Assembly: GCA_012842045.1 (NCBI GenBank)
Contig: DUTP01000002.1
Location: forward strand, 35,601-99,600
DNA length: 64,000 nucleotides
From: Candidatus Dojkabacteria bacterium
GTDB lineage: Bacteria > Patescibacteriota > Dojkabacteria > SC72
Direction of reading: 5' to 3'
Shown here: positions 19,296 through 29,465 of the stretch, piece by piece
How the letters are laid out: the number at the start of each line of letters is the position of its first letter
How positions within the stretch are numbered: position 1 is the stretch's first letter
The notes under the pieces: generated by a model
The model's database searches: none
Seen by the model: only the letters and a program-made list of their open reading frames with translations
What the model was told of the DNA's origin: nothing
Made by a program: the position numbers and the translations under genes

Positions 19296-22095
19296 ATTAA
19301 AAAATTTTTATCAGAAGAACAAAAATGTCATAGAAATAATTAGTTTGATATTTTTAGTTATTGTTATATTTATCCTTTTTTTTCACAAATTTTTCATTAA
19401 AGGCGAATTGGTAAATGCCTCAAGTTTTCTTTATCTTTGGTATCCTTGGGCTAAAGTTCGTCCAGAAAATTTAACAGGAATACAAAATTTTATAGTAAGT
19501 GATTGGGTAGACTTTCATATCCCTTCTTTCACATATGTCAAAAATGCCAGCTTGAAATTAATTGCTAGTGGGTATAGTTTCAGATCAAGTTGGGGAACTC
19601 CATCTGGGAGTATTATGGGCATTGTTACTATTCATGAACCATTGATACTGTTTTTCATAAAAGTGTTTAAAGAGCAACTGGGAGCAACCTTGTTGTTTAT
19701 TGCCAAACCTGTGTTAGCTTTTATTGGTGCCACTCTTCTTTTTAAAGAGTTAAAATTAAACAGGTATGTATCACTACTTTGCAGTTTATCTTTTGCTTTC
19801 AGTGTGCCTGTAATATCATTTATCTATGGAACACCAATAACTGGTATTGTTGCTCTTGTTTTTATTTTCTACTTTGTTGTTAGACTGTCGAAAACCTTGA
19901 GTGTAAAAAACATAGTGTTTTATGTTTTATCAACAATATGGCTAATAACTACTGGGTTCCCATCAACAATTATGTATGGGGTGATTTTTTCTTTTCTGTT
20001 ATTTGTTTTTCTTGTTTTAACGAATAAGGATTTTGATAAAAAAAAGAAGATTCAGATAATTTCTTTTTTTACAATTGTTAATTTACTCATTTTAGGTATT
20101 TGGGCTTGGAGTATTCTTCCTAATCTAACCAATTTACGTGGTGTTGATTTAAGATACAGAGAAGGTTATGGTGCTAAAAAATTGCATGGAAGTCATTTCC
20201 TTCAGTGGTTATATCCAAACTTTTGTGGTAATGCTACAACTATACCTCGGGTTTGTGATTCAAACTGGATTGAAACATCAACATCTTCAGGTATTGTTTC
20301 GCTGATTACCCTTTTTCTTGGATTACCAGCAATTCTGTTTAAACATAAAAACAGGAGATTCTTTCTTTACTTTCTATTTATAACTTGTTTTTCTTTCTTC
20401 TTAATATTTAATGTTGGGGGCATTACAGAGATTGTTGCCAAGTTGCCTCTATTCTCTATTTCTCCTAGTACTAGATTAGTCTTTCTAATTCCATTACTAA
20501 CAACTGTTTCAGCATGTTTATCCTTTGATATTATTTTGAAAGAATGTAAAAATAAGGAGAATAGACAGAAAATCATACTCTTTTGGGTTGCGATTGGAGT
20601 TGTGATTGCCATAATTTTTAGCATTAATTTTGATAAATTGACAGGACATCTGCGGTTATTAGATAGACCTTCTTTAATAAGAGATGCTAAAGAATTCTTA
20701 GTTGTTGCAGTTTTAGGTTTAACTATTCTTCTTCTAACCTTATTTATAAAAAACAAGCTTATAAAGAAAGTTTTATTAGTAATATTGTCTCTTATTGCTG
20801 TCTTTGACTTATATTTTTATAATTCCAATTTCCTACCTTATCTGAAGGAAGAGTATGTTTTTCCTATGACAGAAGGTATAGAGTATTTACAAAAAAACAC
20901 TAAACCAGAAGATAGAATTTTCGCCATAGAGAGAGTTTTTCTTCCTAATACCAATTACTATTACGGTATCAACTCACTAACAGGGCATGATTGGAGGACA
21001 GAGGCTTTTAATGAGGCAATGCAACCTATTGAGGAAGGGGTGTTTAAGCATGCAGGTACAATGCAGTTCTTTAATCGAGTAAAAGTACGGATTTCTTCTG
21101 AAGATATCAAAAATTATTTAAGATTTAATAGGATAAAGTACATTGTGCAGGGTCCTTCATCACTAAACCCTGAAGATGATGTAGCTTTTATTCAGTCTAA
21201 TGTTAGTGACTATATTAATGTAAAAGAACCTATTAAATATATTATTGATATTAGCCAGCCTGAGGTTTTGGAAAATATTCATTTAAGAGGTTTGTGTAAT
21301 AGTGAAATGAAAGAAATTTTTGGTAAGAACGATGTTAGAGTAAATGTTATTGATGAAAAAGGAGAGTCATTATTAGTACCAATATTAGAAATCAATTCTA
21401 AATGTGTAGGCGAAGATTACTTAAAAATACGAACAGCAAAAGTAAAGCTTGAAGAAAATTCAAAATTAAGTTTGGAGATACTAAATTCTAAAAATTGGAA
21501 ACTAGCTGCTTATTCAGCTCAAGATATAAGAAAAGATACTACCTTAGAAGGGAATATTAATACATATGAATTGGTAGGCATGATATTTGCTAGGGTGTCA
21601 GAAAAAGAGATTTACCCAAAGGTTCACGATAAGGGGGACTTATTGATTCATGCAGTATCCGAAAAGACTTCCACAGCATATTTTTATTCATGTAAAGATT
21701 TGAGTGATGAAGAATGTAAAAACAATTTAAAGAACTTTAAGATTACTAATCCTAGGGATTTAAGAGAGTTTAATGAGGTTTTTCAGACATTTCAAGAGGT
21801 TCCCTTTAATTATTATAAAGAGGGAGAAATGTCTTTTGACACATCAGGAGTTAATGAACGAGGAGTTATTATTTTAAGTGATAACTATTTTAAAGGTTGG
21901 AATTCCAAAGAAGGAGAGGTGTTTAAAGGATTTCTTGGTAGTATGAATATTTTTGTTGAAAAGCCAGGGGATAGTGTCAATCTTAGTTATACGAATGAAT
22001 ATCTGTTAGCAGGGATTATAATTTCGGTGATTTCAACATCTTTACTTGCAGGTTTATTGTTGTTCTATAGAAAGAAGAAACTACTTGTGGAGTAA
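19279..22095 (+). CDS. large (938 aa) polytopic membrane protein, YfhO-like GT-C glycosyltransferase candidate
   Basis: Roughly 14 TM segments in the N-terminal 500 aa, a large extracytoplasmic C-terminal domain and a final TM helix. The size and topology match the YfhO family. Confidence 0.55.
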   Translation: MKLLSRLKNFYQKNKNVIEIISLIFLVIVIFILFFHKFFIKGELVNASSFLYLWYPWAKVRPENLTGIQNFIVSDWVDFHIPSFTYVKNASLKLIASGYSFRSSWGTPSGSIMGIVTIHEPLILFFIKVFKEQLGATLLFIAKPVLAFIGATLLFKELKLNRYVSLLCSLSFAFSVPVISFIYGTPITGIVALVFIFYFVVRLSKTLSVKNIVFYVLSTIWLITTGFPSTIMYGVIFSFLLFVFLVLTNKDFDKKKKIQIISFFTIVNLLILGIWAWSILPNLTNLRGVDLRYREGYGAKKLHGSHFLQWLYPNFCGNATTIPRVCDSNWIETSTSSGIVSLITLFLGLPAILFKHKNRRFFLYFLFITCFSFFLIFNVGGITEIVAKLPLFSISPSTRLVFLIPLLTTVSACLSFDIILKECKNKENRQKIILFWVAIGVVIAIIFSINFDKLTGHLRLLDRPSLIRDAKEFLVVAVLGLTILLLTLFIKNKLIKKVLLVILSLIAVFDLYFYNSNFLPYLKEEYVFPMTEGIEYLQKNTKPEDRIFAIERVFLPNTNYYYGINSLTGHDWRTEAFNEAMQPIEEGVFKHAGTMQFFNRVKVRISSEDIKNYLRFNRIKYIVQGPSSLNPEDDVAFIQSNVSDYINVKEPIKYIIDISQPEVLENIHLRGLCNSEMKEIFGKNDVRVNVIDEKGESLLVPILEINSKCVGEDYLKIRTAKVKLEENSKLSLEILNSKNWKLAAYSAQDIRKDTTLEGNINTYELVGMIFARVSEKEIYPKVHDKGDLLIHAVSEKTSTAYFYSCKDLSDEECKNNLKNFKITNPRDLREFNEVFQTFQEVPFNYYKEGEMSFDTSGVNERGVIILSDNYFKGWNSKEGEVFKGFLGSMNIFVEKPGDSVNLSYTNEYLLAGIIISVISTSLLAGLLLFYRKKKLLVE

Positions 22096-23028
22096 TCCTC
22101 TTACCTTCCTCACCAACTTAACAACAGTATTTTTTAAAATCCTATTGTTAATAGCTTTATCCCATATCCTATACCCAGGATTGTTTCTAATTATCTCTAT
22201 TCCTGCTCTCTGTTTCTCAAATTCATTTTCATAAAAACTTTTAATATGTTTGAGGTCTCCAATCCTAATGACTGTCTCTTTATCTTTTAGCCGATTGTCA
22301 GTTGTCTCTCTGGATTTTAACCACTTTTCATAATTATCTTCATTAAAAGTATCAGTAATATCATTTCTTCTCCTATACTCTGATATTGGTACATCTAATT
22401 GTATAAAGGAAAACTCTTCTTTTAATATTAATTGTTTAAGAAAATCCCAATCCTCTAGATATGTCATATCTTCATTAAACTTAACACCGTCTAACAAGCT
22501 TGTTTTTAGGATAAATGTATTAAAAGGAATAAAGTTTTCTAAAAGTAGGAGAGGTTTTGAAAACTCTTGATAAGGTCTCTTAGCTTTAGAAACAGTATAG
22601 AGATATTCCTCACCTGCAATGTTTGTCTCTAACCTTTCAATAACATCTATACTTCTTCCTAGTGCAAATGTTTTATCATTATCTTCTAATGCTTTTATCA
22701 AAGTTGAACCCATATTTGGATAATAGATATCATCATCATCCAAAAAAGATAAATATTCACAATCTAAGTTTTTAAGTGCGGCATTAAGAGGGTAGGATCT
22801 ATTACCTTGCTTATCTCTTAAAACAATCGGTTTGATGTTAAGCATCTTTTGGAAAGGCTTGATGAATGAAAGAGTTTTTTCTATTATCTTTTCGTTATTA
22901 CTATGTATCATCAACAAGACCAAAAGATTCTCATATGTTTGAGCTATTAGTGAGTTAAGAGCATTGTTTAATTCTAGCTCTAAACCCTTTCCTTGTGTTC
23001 TTAGTACAACTGTCCACTTACCTTTCAT
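22081..23028 (-). CDS. family-2 glycosyltransferase
   Basis: VVLRTQG ... SLIAQTYENL ... FLDDDD is an N-terminal GT2 core with a DxD motif. Its 3' end overlaps the convergent YfhO-like gene by 15 nt. Confidence 0.7.
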   Translation of the reverse strand: MKGKWTVVLRTQGKGLELELNNALNSLIAQTYENLLVLLMIHSNNEKIIEKTLSFIKPFQKMLNIKPIVLRDKQGNRSYPLNAALKNLDCEYLSFLDDDDIYYPNMGSTLIKALEDNDKTFALGRSIDVIERLETNIAGEEYLYTVSKAKRPYQEFSKPLLLLENFIPFNTFILKTSLLDGVKFNEDMTYLEDWDFLKQLILKEEFSFIQLDVPISEYRRRNDITDTFNEDNYEKWLKSRETTDNRLKDKETVIRIGDLKHIKSFYENEFEKQRAGIEIIRNNPGYRIWDKAINNRILKNTVVKLVRKVRGLLHK

Positions 23029-23901
23029 TTACATTACCCATCTAAAATTAGTATAGTCTTGGTTCTTGTCTATGAACCTTCTAAAATAGGTTCTCTTCTT
23101 TAAAGTCTTTTTCATTTCTTGGAACTTCTTTAGTATCTCTTTTCTATGTGGATCATCTTTACCAATGAGGTTTATATATCTTTCTACATCTTTATCTGTA
23201 GAGAGTTTATATCTTAAGTATAGTTCTGCAGCTTGTTTGTTTATTCTTGTAAAATCACTTTCTTCAGATACATCGGTATCCTTTGTCAAGTGAGTAAATT
23301 GAGCATTGGGTAAATGTAAGATTTTATATTTATTCATCCTCATTCTCATTGAAAGATCAACATCCTCTCCATACATGAAAATATTTTCATCAAACATTCC
23401 AATATTTTCAAATGCTTTAGAGTTTATTACTGTTCCTGCACCCGAGATCCAATTTGTTTCCAAGGTCTGAGGGTTAAAGTACTTAGGATGTTCACTTGGA
23501 AACTGTGCTAATTCTAGTAAACCCCAATTGACATCTTTAAGTTGTTCTAAGTATTTGACAATGTTGTCTATGAGATTGTGATGAATAATACTGTCTGGAT
23601 TTAATATGATAAAAGAATCTCCGTATGAATCTTTGTTCTTTCTATATACTTCATTATGTCCCTTGCCAAAACCATAGTTGGGTTGCTTATTTAGTGTGAT
23701 TTTGATGCTTTCTCCTATGTTTTTCTTTGATTGTTCAATAATATCTTTGACTTTAGTGAACTCCTTGGTGTCTTCTGATTGATCAACAAAGTGAAAATAT
23801 GTTAATAATTTTGTTTTTTCTAAGACTTCTATGCTTTTTAATAATTTTACCAAGTCATTACTTGAAAAGTATAGAAGAATTTGAATATCTAGTCGTTTCA
23901 T
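23029..23901 (-). CDS. family-2 glycosyltransferase (rhamnosyl/galactosyl-transferase-like)
   Basis: GFGKGHN ... ILNPD ... YGEDVDLSMR, typical GT2 motifs. Confidence 0.75.
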   Translation of the reverse strand: MKRLDIQILLYFSSNDLVKLLKSIEVLEKTKLLTYFHFVDQSEDTKEFTKVKDIIEQSKKNIGESIKITLNKQPNYGFGKGHNEVYRKNKDSYGDSFIILNPDSIIHHNLIDNIVKYLEQLKDVNWGLLELAQFPSEHPKYFNPQTLETNWISGAGTVINSKAFENIGMFDENIFMYGEDVDLSMRMRMNKYKILHLPNAQFTHLTKDTDVSEESDFTRINKQAAELYLRYKLSTDKDVERYINLIGKDDPHRKEILKKFQEMKKTLKKRTYFRRFIDKNQDYTNFRWVM

Positions 23902-23902
23902 T

Positions 23903-25360
23903 TTATTTTTCTTTTATCTTACTCTTAATCTTACGATATTTTTCTAATGTCTGCCAAATCCTTCCTTTCTTAAAGGATTGGAACTCTTCAATTTCTAGTT
24001 TATTCTTATCAATTTGTTCTTCTAGGGCACTATTCTTTTGTTCAATAGATTTTACATACTCATATTCTGAATATTTCTCAATATCATTTATCTCTTTCTC
24101 CTCAAGCCCATGTGTTGTTTTAAGTATCTCTCGTAATGAGATGTCTTTGGTATTATTAATTCCAACTTTATCAAAAATATAATTCTGATGTTTTTTGTAG
24201 ATATCAATAATAGGAGGGTTTGTTAATCGCCATTCTATATACTCTTGCTTTAACATTAAATCCCAAGGGACATAATATCCAAAGATCATAAAGTTAAGGT
24301 ATTCGGTATCAACAACAGATTCATCTTCGTATTGGAAGTGATTGATAGATTTAAATGAAAACGGCATATTATCACTTAATAGATACACAGTTTTACCAAG
24401 CAACATCGCATCAAATGCTATATTAGAAACATATGTTAGGATTCTTTTGCATTTTGATATCCAATAGGTGGCTCTTGGTGATTTGTCTAAGTACCAATCA
24501 GGATGTCCTATCTCTCTGTCAGGTTCTATCCTATGCCTTATCGTTACTTCATTTGGTGTGAACAGTTTATTTATAGTAGCAAGTGTTTTGTCAAGAGATT
24601 CATTCTTATGTATTTCGTACAAGTAATCATTTTTAAATGGAGGAGATATACCTAATTCATAAACAGGTGGCTTTTGTAATTCTTTTATCAGTTTTAAATC
24701 CTCAGTATAGAGGAGTAGGGCGAGTAATTCTTCTCTAGATAGTATCTTTAAGCTTTTATTTCTTTCCTTTTTAAATTCGTGAAATAGTTTTAGGCAATAG
24801 TCATTGTCAAATTTATCGGTAAAAGAGAAATATGACAATGTCATTCTATAGTTAACCTTTCTAACAGAGGATAATTCTTGAGTAATTAAGTGTAAGTTTC
24901 TTTTTTTCGAAATACTCGCAAGACTAGGATTCCAATACCAAGTGAGTATCGCATCTACTTTTTGAGAATAATCTTTCTCTATCTTGTCTAATTTGTTGTT
25001 GATAAATTCAATGTAATTTGTATTGGTATTGGATATAAAGTTGATTTGGTCTTTAAGTGTTGCTCTCTTCCCTCCGCTTATACTCAGTGTTTCTTCGTTT
25101 GTTATTGAATATTTTTTAAATTTTTTGGTCTCTGCATTTACTTTTCTCTTTTCTTCAATATCCTCATTAGGTTTCTCATATGTTTCATTTAATGCATTAA
25201 TTTCTTGGTTAAAAAAGTTTTCTTGAGCTATTAGTGGCATATTATTATTAACACTGTAGTTCGAGTACATCTCAAACACCCAACTTAAAAGAGGTTTTTC
25301 TGTATAGTAATGAAAAGCATCAAACACTATTGGGACGACAAGTTTTTTCTTTGTACTCAT
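23903..25360 (-). CDS. capsule-polysaccharide-biosynthesis-like protein (KpsC/KpsS family-like), putative glycosyltransferase
   Basis: The C-terminal segment ILTYVSNIAFDAMLLGKTVYLLSDNMPFSF resembles the conserved VvTinStvGfEAlllGkpV motif of the capsule-synthesis (PF05159-type) family. The C-terminus is coiled-coil. Weak call. Confidence 0.45.
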   Translation of the reverse strand: MSTKKKLVVPIVFDAFHYYTEKPLLSWVFEMYSNYSVNNNMPLIAQENFFNQEINALNETYEKPNEDIEEKRKVNAETKKFKKYSITNEETLSISGGKRATLKDQINFISNTNTNYIEFINNKLDKIEKDYSQKVDAILTWYWNPSLASISKKRNLHLITQELSSVRKVNYRMTLSYFSFTDKFDNDYCLKLFHEFKKERNKSLKILSREELLALLLYTEDLKLIKELQKPPVYELGISPPFKNDYLYEIHKNESLDKTLATINKLFTPNEVTIRHRIEPDREIGHPDWYLDKSPRATYWISKCKRILTYVSNIAFDAMLLGKTVYLLSDNMPFSFKSINHFQYEDESVVDTEYLNFMIFGYYVPWDLMLKQEYIEWRLTNPPIIDIYKKHQNYIFDKVGINNTKDISLREILKTTHGLEEKEINDIEKYSEYEYVKSIEQKNSALEEQIDKNKLEIEEFQSFKKGRIWQTLEKYRKIKSKIKEK

Positions 25361-25579
25361 AATGCTCTCATTATATCAAAGAATAGAGGACTTGTTCTGT
25401 TTGAGAGCCTTGAAGTTTTTAGAATACCATCACTTTACCAATGAAGACATATATCTTTTTGAACTTGTAGAATTTTTTTGGTGGATTAAATGCTAGACAG
25501 ATATTCTAATTCCTTACCACTTCATTAAAAGAAACCCTTATCTACTAGACAAAACATAGAGTTTGTATATAATGAGATT

Positions 25580-26431
25580 ATGTCTAGAATTAAAAAAGAC
25601 ACCATCCAAGCAAAAGGTTTTAACATTGAAATATATACCGAAGACTATAAGAATGATTACATTAGCCTAACTGATATAGCTAGGTATAAGAACTCTTACG
25701 AACCTAGTGATGTTATAAAAAACTGGTTAAGAAGAAAAGATACCATTGAGTTTCTAGGACTATGGGAGAGTTTGTACAACAAAAATTTCAATTCGGTCGA
25801 ATTCGACCGAATTAAATCTGAAGCAGGCAGTAATGCATTTACTCTTTCTCCTAAAAGATGGGTAGAAACATCAGGTGCGATAGGGATTGTTACTAAAGGT
25901 GGACGATATGGTAGAACTTTTGCTCATAAAGATATTGCTTTTAAATTTGCTTCTTGGATCTCAGCAGAATTTGAATTGTATATAATAAAGGATTATCAAA
26001 GACTAAAGGAAAGTGAAAATTCTAGATTGTCATTATCCTGGAATTTACACAGAGAAATTTCAAAAATCAACTATCGTATTCATACAGATGCAATTAAAGA
26101 ATACCTAGTAAAAGATTTAAGTGATGAACAATTGTCTTACAAATATGCAGATGAGGCAGATATGTTAAATGTTGCACTGTTTAACAAAAGAGCAAAAGAA
26201 TGGAGAGATGAAAACCCTAATCTAGAAGGTAATATTAGAGACTATGCAAGTTTAAATGAATTGTTAGTACTTGCGAATATGGAGAATTACAACGCTATCT
26301 TAATTGAAAAAGGTATTGAACAAAAAGAAAGAATGATTGAATTAAGAAGGCTGGCTAGAACACAATTTTTGTCTTTAGAGAGAAAAGGGAATAAGAGTAT
26401 AAGGAAGTTGTCAGGTAAAAATAGTAACTGA
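25580..26431 (+). CDS. KilA-N domain protein (phage/mobile-element associated)
   Basis: N-terminal FNIEIYTEDYKNDYISLTDIARYKN ... FASWISAEFELYIIKDY matches the KilA-N DNA-binding domain pattern. Confidence 0.75.
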   Translation: MSRIKKDTIQAKGFNIEIYTEDYKNDYISLTDIARYKNSYEPSDVIKNWLRRKDTIEFLGLWESLYNKNFNSVEFDRIKSEAGSNAFTLSPKRWVETSGAIGIVTKGGRYGRTFAHKDIAFKFASWISAEFELYIIKDYQRLKESENSRLSLSWNLHREISKINYRIHTDAIKEYLVKDLSDEQLSYKYADEADMLNVALFNKRAKEWRDENPNLEGNIRDYASLNELLVLANMENYNAILIEKGIEQKERMIELRRLARTQFLSLERKGNKSIRKLSGKNSN

Positions 26432-26540
26432 TTGTTGAAATTAGATTATATTCCAACTAAACATTCCCCCTTCACATCCTCTCATTAATTTAGTACCCTA
26501 TAATCGTTAGGATATCTAAATTTATTTACTCTTAAATAAT

Positions 26541-27557
26541 ATGAAAATCCTAGTAACAGGTGGAGCCGGCTTCATAGGCTCAAACTTCATAAAATACTGG
26601 ATGAAAAAATATCCAGAAGATAAAATAGTAAACCTAGATTTACTAACATACGCAGGTAATCTAGAAAACCTAAAGGAGGTAGAGAATAATCCAAACTATG
26701 AATTCGTAAAAGGAGACATATGTGATAAAGACCTAGTAATGGATCTAACCAAAGGTATGGATCTCATTGTACACTTCGCTGCAGAATCACATGTAGATAG
26801 AAGTATAGAAGGACCAGAAGTATTCATTAAAACAAATGTAATGGGTACACAGAACCTTCTAGAAGCAGCATTCCAAAATGGTGGTATTAGATTCCATCAT
26901 GTATCAACAGATGAAGTATTTGGTGAATTACCAATAGATAAACCAGAATTAAAATTTACAGAAGATATGCCATATGCACCTAGAAGTCCATACTCTGCAT
27001 CTAAAGCAGCATCAGACCATTTAGTCAGAGCATACTTCCATACCTTTAAATTACCAATCACAATCTCTAACACATCAAACAACTATGGACCAAATCAATA
27101 CCCAGAGAAATTAATACCATTGATTGTAACTAGAGCAATGATGGACCAAGAAATACCAGTATATGGAGATGGTAAACAGATTAGAGACTGGGTACATGTA
27201 TTAGATCATGTACGAGGTATTGAGTTGTCAATAAAGGATGGAAAGTTAGGAGAAACATATCTCTTTGGAGGTGATGGTGAAAGAGAGAACATATGGATTG
27301 TAAAAACAGTATTGGAATATCTAAACAAACCAGAATCACTCATAGTTCATGTAGGAGACAGAAAAGGTCATGATGTAAGGTATGCAATTGATAACTCCAA
27401 ATCAGAGAAAGAATTAGGTTACAAACCAGAGAAGAGTGTAGAAGAGTGGTTAAAGGATACAGTACAGTGGTATGTAGATAACAAGGATTGGTGGGAGCCA
27501 CTAAAACCAGTAGCAGACAAACAAGCAGAAAGATATTTAGAGAAAAGATTAGATTAA
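26541..27557 (+). CDS. rmlB: dTDP-glucose 4,6-dehydratase
   Basis: MKILVTGGAGFIGSNF Rossmann, catalytic YSASKAASD, extended SDR family. Confidence 0.9.
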   Translation: MKILVTGGAGFIGSNFIKYWMKKYPEDKIVNLDLLTYAGNLENLKEVENNPNYEFVKGDICDKDLVMDLTKGMDLIVHFAAESHVDRSIEGPEVFIKTNVMGTQNLLEAAFQNGGIRFHHVSTDEVFGELPIDKPELKFTEDMPYAPRSPYSASKAASDHLVRAYFHTFKLPITISNTSNNYGPNQYPEKLIPLIVTRAMMDQEIPVYGDGKQIRDWVHVLDHVRGIELSIKDGKLGETYLFGGDGERENIWIVKTVLEYLNKPESLIVHVGDRKGHDVRYAIDNSKSEKELGYKPEKSVEEWLKDTVQWYVDNKDWWEPLKPVADKQAERYLEKRLD

Positions 27558-27575
27558 TTTAGTATTCACATATAT

Positions 27576-28664
27576 ATGAAAGCACTCATATTAGCAGGAG
27601 GTAGAGGTACAAGACTAAGACCTCTTACACATACTAAAAACAAACATATGTTACCCATTGGTAACAGACCTATGATAGAGAGAATTATCAAGGATGCAGT
27701 AGATTTAGGAATTAAGGATATCATTATTAACATTAACAAGGGTGATAAAGAGATGCCTGAGCTACTTGGAGATGGTAAAAGATTTGGTAGGGGAGTAAAG
27801 CTCCACTACATAGAACAACCAGAACCAAATGGAATGATGTATCCAATTAAACTAGCTGAAAAGTTGATAGGGGATGAAGAATTTCTCTTCTCTGCTGGTG
27901 ATAATATCTTAACAGGTGGTCTTAAGAAACATTATGCTGATTTTAAAAAGAAGAAATCAGATGCTCATGTATTAGTTGTAAGAAGACCAGACTATCAAAA
28001 TTTTGGTGTTGCAGTAATGGAAGATGATAAGATTGTAAATACAGTAGAGAAACCTCAAGAGTTTGTAAGTGATTTAGTCCTCTCAGCTATTTACTTCTTT
28101 ACACCTGCTGTATTTAAAGCTTTTGATTATGCAAAACCAATAGATCCAAAGGGTACTGGGAAAGCAGAATACTATCCTCCAGTAATTAACAACTGGTTGA
28201 TTGAGAATGGATATACCTTCACAGCATCAGAAGTAACAGGATGGTGGAAGGATACAGGAGCTCCAGAGGATCTTATCTTAGCAAACAGATTAATCCTTGA
28301 AAGAGAGTGTTTAGATGAGTGTAAGGGTAAGGTAAAGGATAGTAAGATAGAGGGAAATGTTGAGATAGGGAAGGGTTCTGTTGTTAAAAACTCAATCTTA
28401 AGAGGACCAATATCTATTGCAGACAATGTTACTGTTGAGAATGCATACATTGGACCATTCACATCTATTGGAGAAGGTAGTGTAATTAAAGATGCTGAAA
28501 TAGAGAATAGTATATTGATGGGTAATTGTAATGTACATAACCTTCATGAGAGATTAGACAGTTCTTTGATTGGTTGGAATGCAGAGGTGACAACAAAGGA
28601 ATCACTTCCTAAGGCAGATACTCTACTTATTGGAGATGATTCTAAGGTGATATTAGCTAAGTAG
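27576..28664 (+). CDS. rmlA: glucose-1-phosphate thymidylyltransferase, long (archaeal-type) form with C-terminal left-handed beta-helix
   Basis: MKALILAGGRGTRLRPLT sugar-nucleotidyltransferase motif, followed by hexapeptide repeats in the C-terminal 120 aa. Confidence 0.8.
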   Translation: MKALILAGGRGTRLRPLTHTKNKHMLPIGNRPMIERIIKDAVDLGIKDIIININKGDKEMPELLGDGKRFGRGVKLHYIEQPEPNGMMYPIKLAEKLIGDEEFLFSAGDNILTGGLKKHYADFKKKKSDAHVLVVRRPDYQNFGVAVMEDDKIVNTVEKPQEFVSDLVLSAIYFFTPAVFKAFDYAKPIDPKGTGKAEYYPPVINNWLIENGYTFTASEVTGWWKDTGAPEDLILANRLILERECLDECKGKVKDSKIEGNVEIGKGSVVKNSILRGPISIADNVTVENAYIGPFTSIGEGSVIKDAEIENSILMGNCNVHNLHERLDSSLIGWNAEVTTKESLPKADTLLIGDDSKVILAK

Positions 28665-28744
28665 GATTAAAAATTAATTAAAAATGTACTTCCAGAGGGG
28701 CTTTCTGCTTGTTTGTGTTTGGGTGCTTTGGGTATAATTGAATT

Positions 28745-29269
28745 GTGCCCAAAAAGAAATATCCAACAATATATGCATTTATAGATAGTCAAAACCTCAA
28801 CTTAGGTACTTCAAAAGATATATACCATAGAGGTAAGATTATCTATCATGGTTGGAAGTTAGATATGAAAGGTTTTCATAGATATCTAACGGAAAAGCTA
28901 CGAGTTGACAAAGCTTTTTTGTTTCTAGGATATATTAGAAACAATGAAAAGATGTATCAGAAGTTTAGGGAATATGGATATGACATAATCTTTAAACCTA
29001 CTGTTAGAGGGCAAGGAGGAAAACCAAAAGGTAATATTGATGCAGAGTTAGTTCTTTACTCTTCAGCAATATTTTTTAAAGAATTTGATAAAGGAATTTT
29101 TGTTTCAGGGGATGGAGATTTTCATTGTTTGTATAAATTTATGAAAGAGAAAGGTAAACTACAATCGATCTTAATACCAAATAGATATACACAATCTAAA
29201 TTGCTTGAGGATTTTGAAGTGTATAAAAGACAATTATTTTATGATAAATCTTTGTTGGAGCAAAAATAA
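28745..29269 (+). CDS. NYN/LabA-like (PIN-fold) domain protein
   Basis: The AFIDSQNL ... NIDAELV ... FVSGDGDF acidic pattern matches the NYN/LabA domain. A GTG start is the only in-frame start after the upstream stop. Confidence 0.65.
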   Translation: MPKKKYPTIYAFIDSQNLNLGTSKDIYHRGKIIYHGWKLDMKGFHRYLTEKLRVDKAFLFLGYIRNNEKMYQKFREYGYDIIFKPTVRGQGGKPKGNIDAELVLYSSAIFFKEFDKGIFVSGDGDFHCLYKFMKEKGKLQSILIPNRYTQSKLLEDFEVYKRQLFYDKSLLEQK

Positions 29270-29465
29270 TGGGAGGCGTTACTCAGCACCTCGTAAGTGC
29301 AGGCTCGTATTCTCCCTCATGATTGTTACCATTATATCCTTTTCACTTATTTTCTACAACTTTTCTTTTTACAAATATATTAACTAATGGTTGGATAAAA
29401 TAGTTCATTATCTTGTAGCTAAGAAAGATTGCTAATACACAATTATTCTGTTATATTCTACTAAG

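Noticed and set aside
29273-29318. tRNA gene or tRNA 3' fragment in the GC-rich patch after the NYN gene
   Set aside because: An anticodon-like stem-loop is present, but no consistent D-arm, T-arm (GGTTCGAATCC-type) or acceptor pairing could be built.
29205-29387. 60-aa ORF between the NYN and Panacea genes
   Set aside because: It overlaps the NYN 3' end out of frame. It has no start context and an Ile/Phe-rich composition typical of AT-rich spacer, so I treat it as non-coding.
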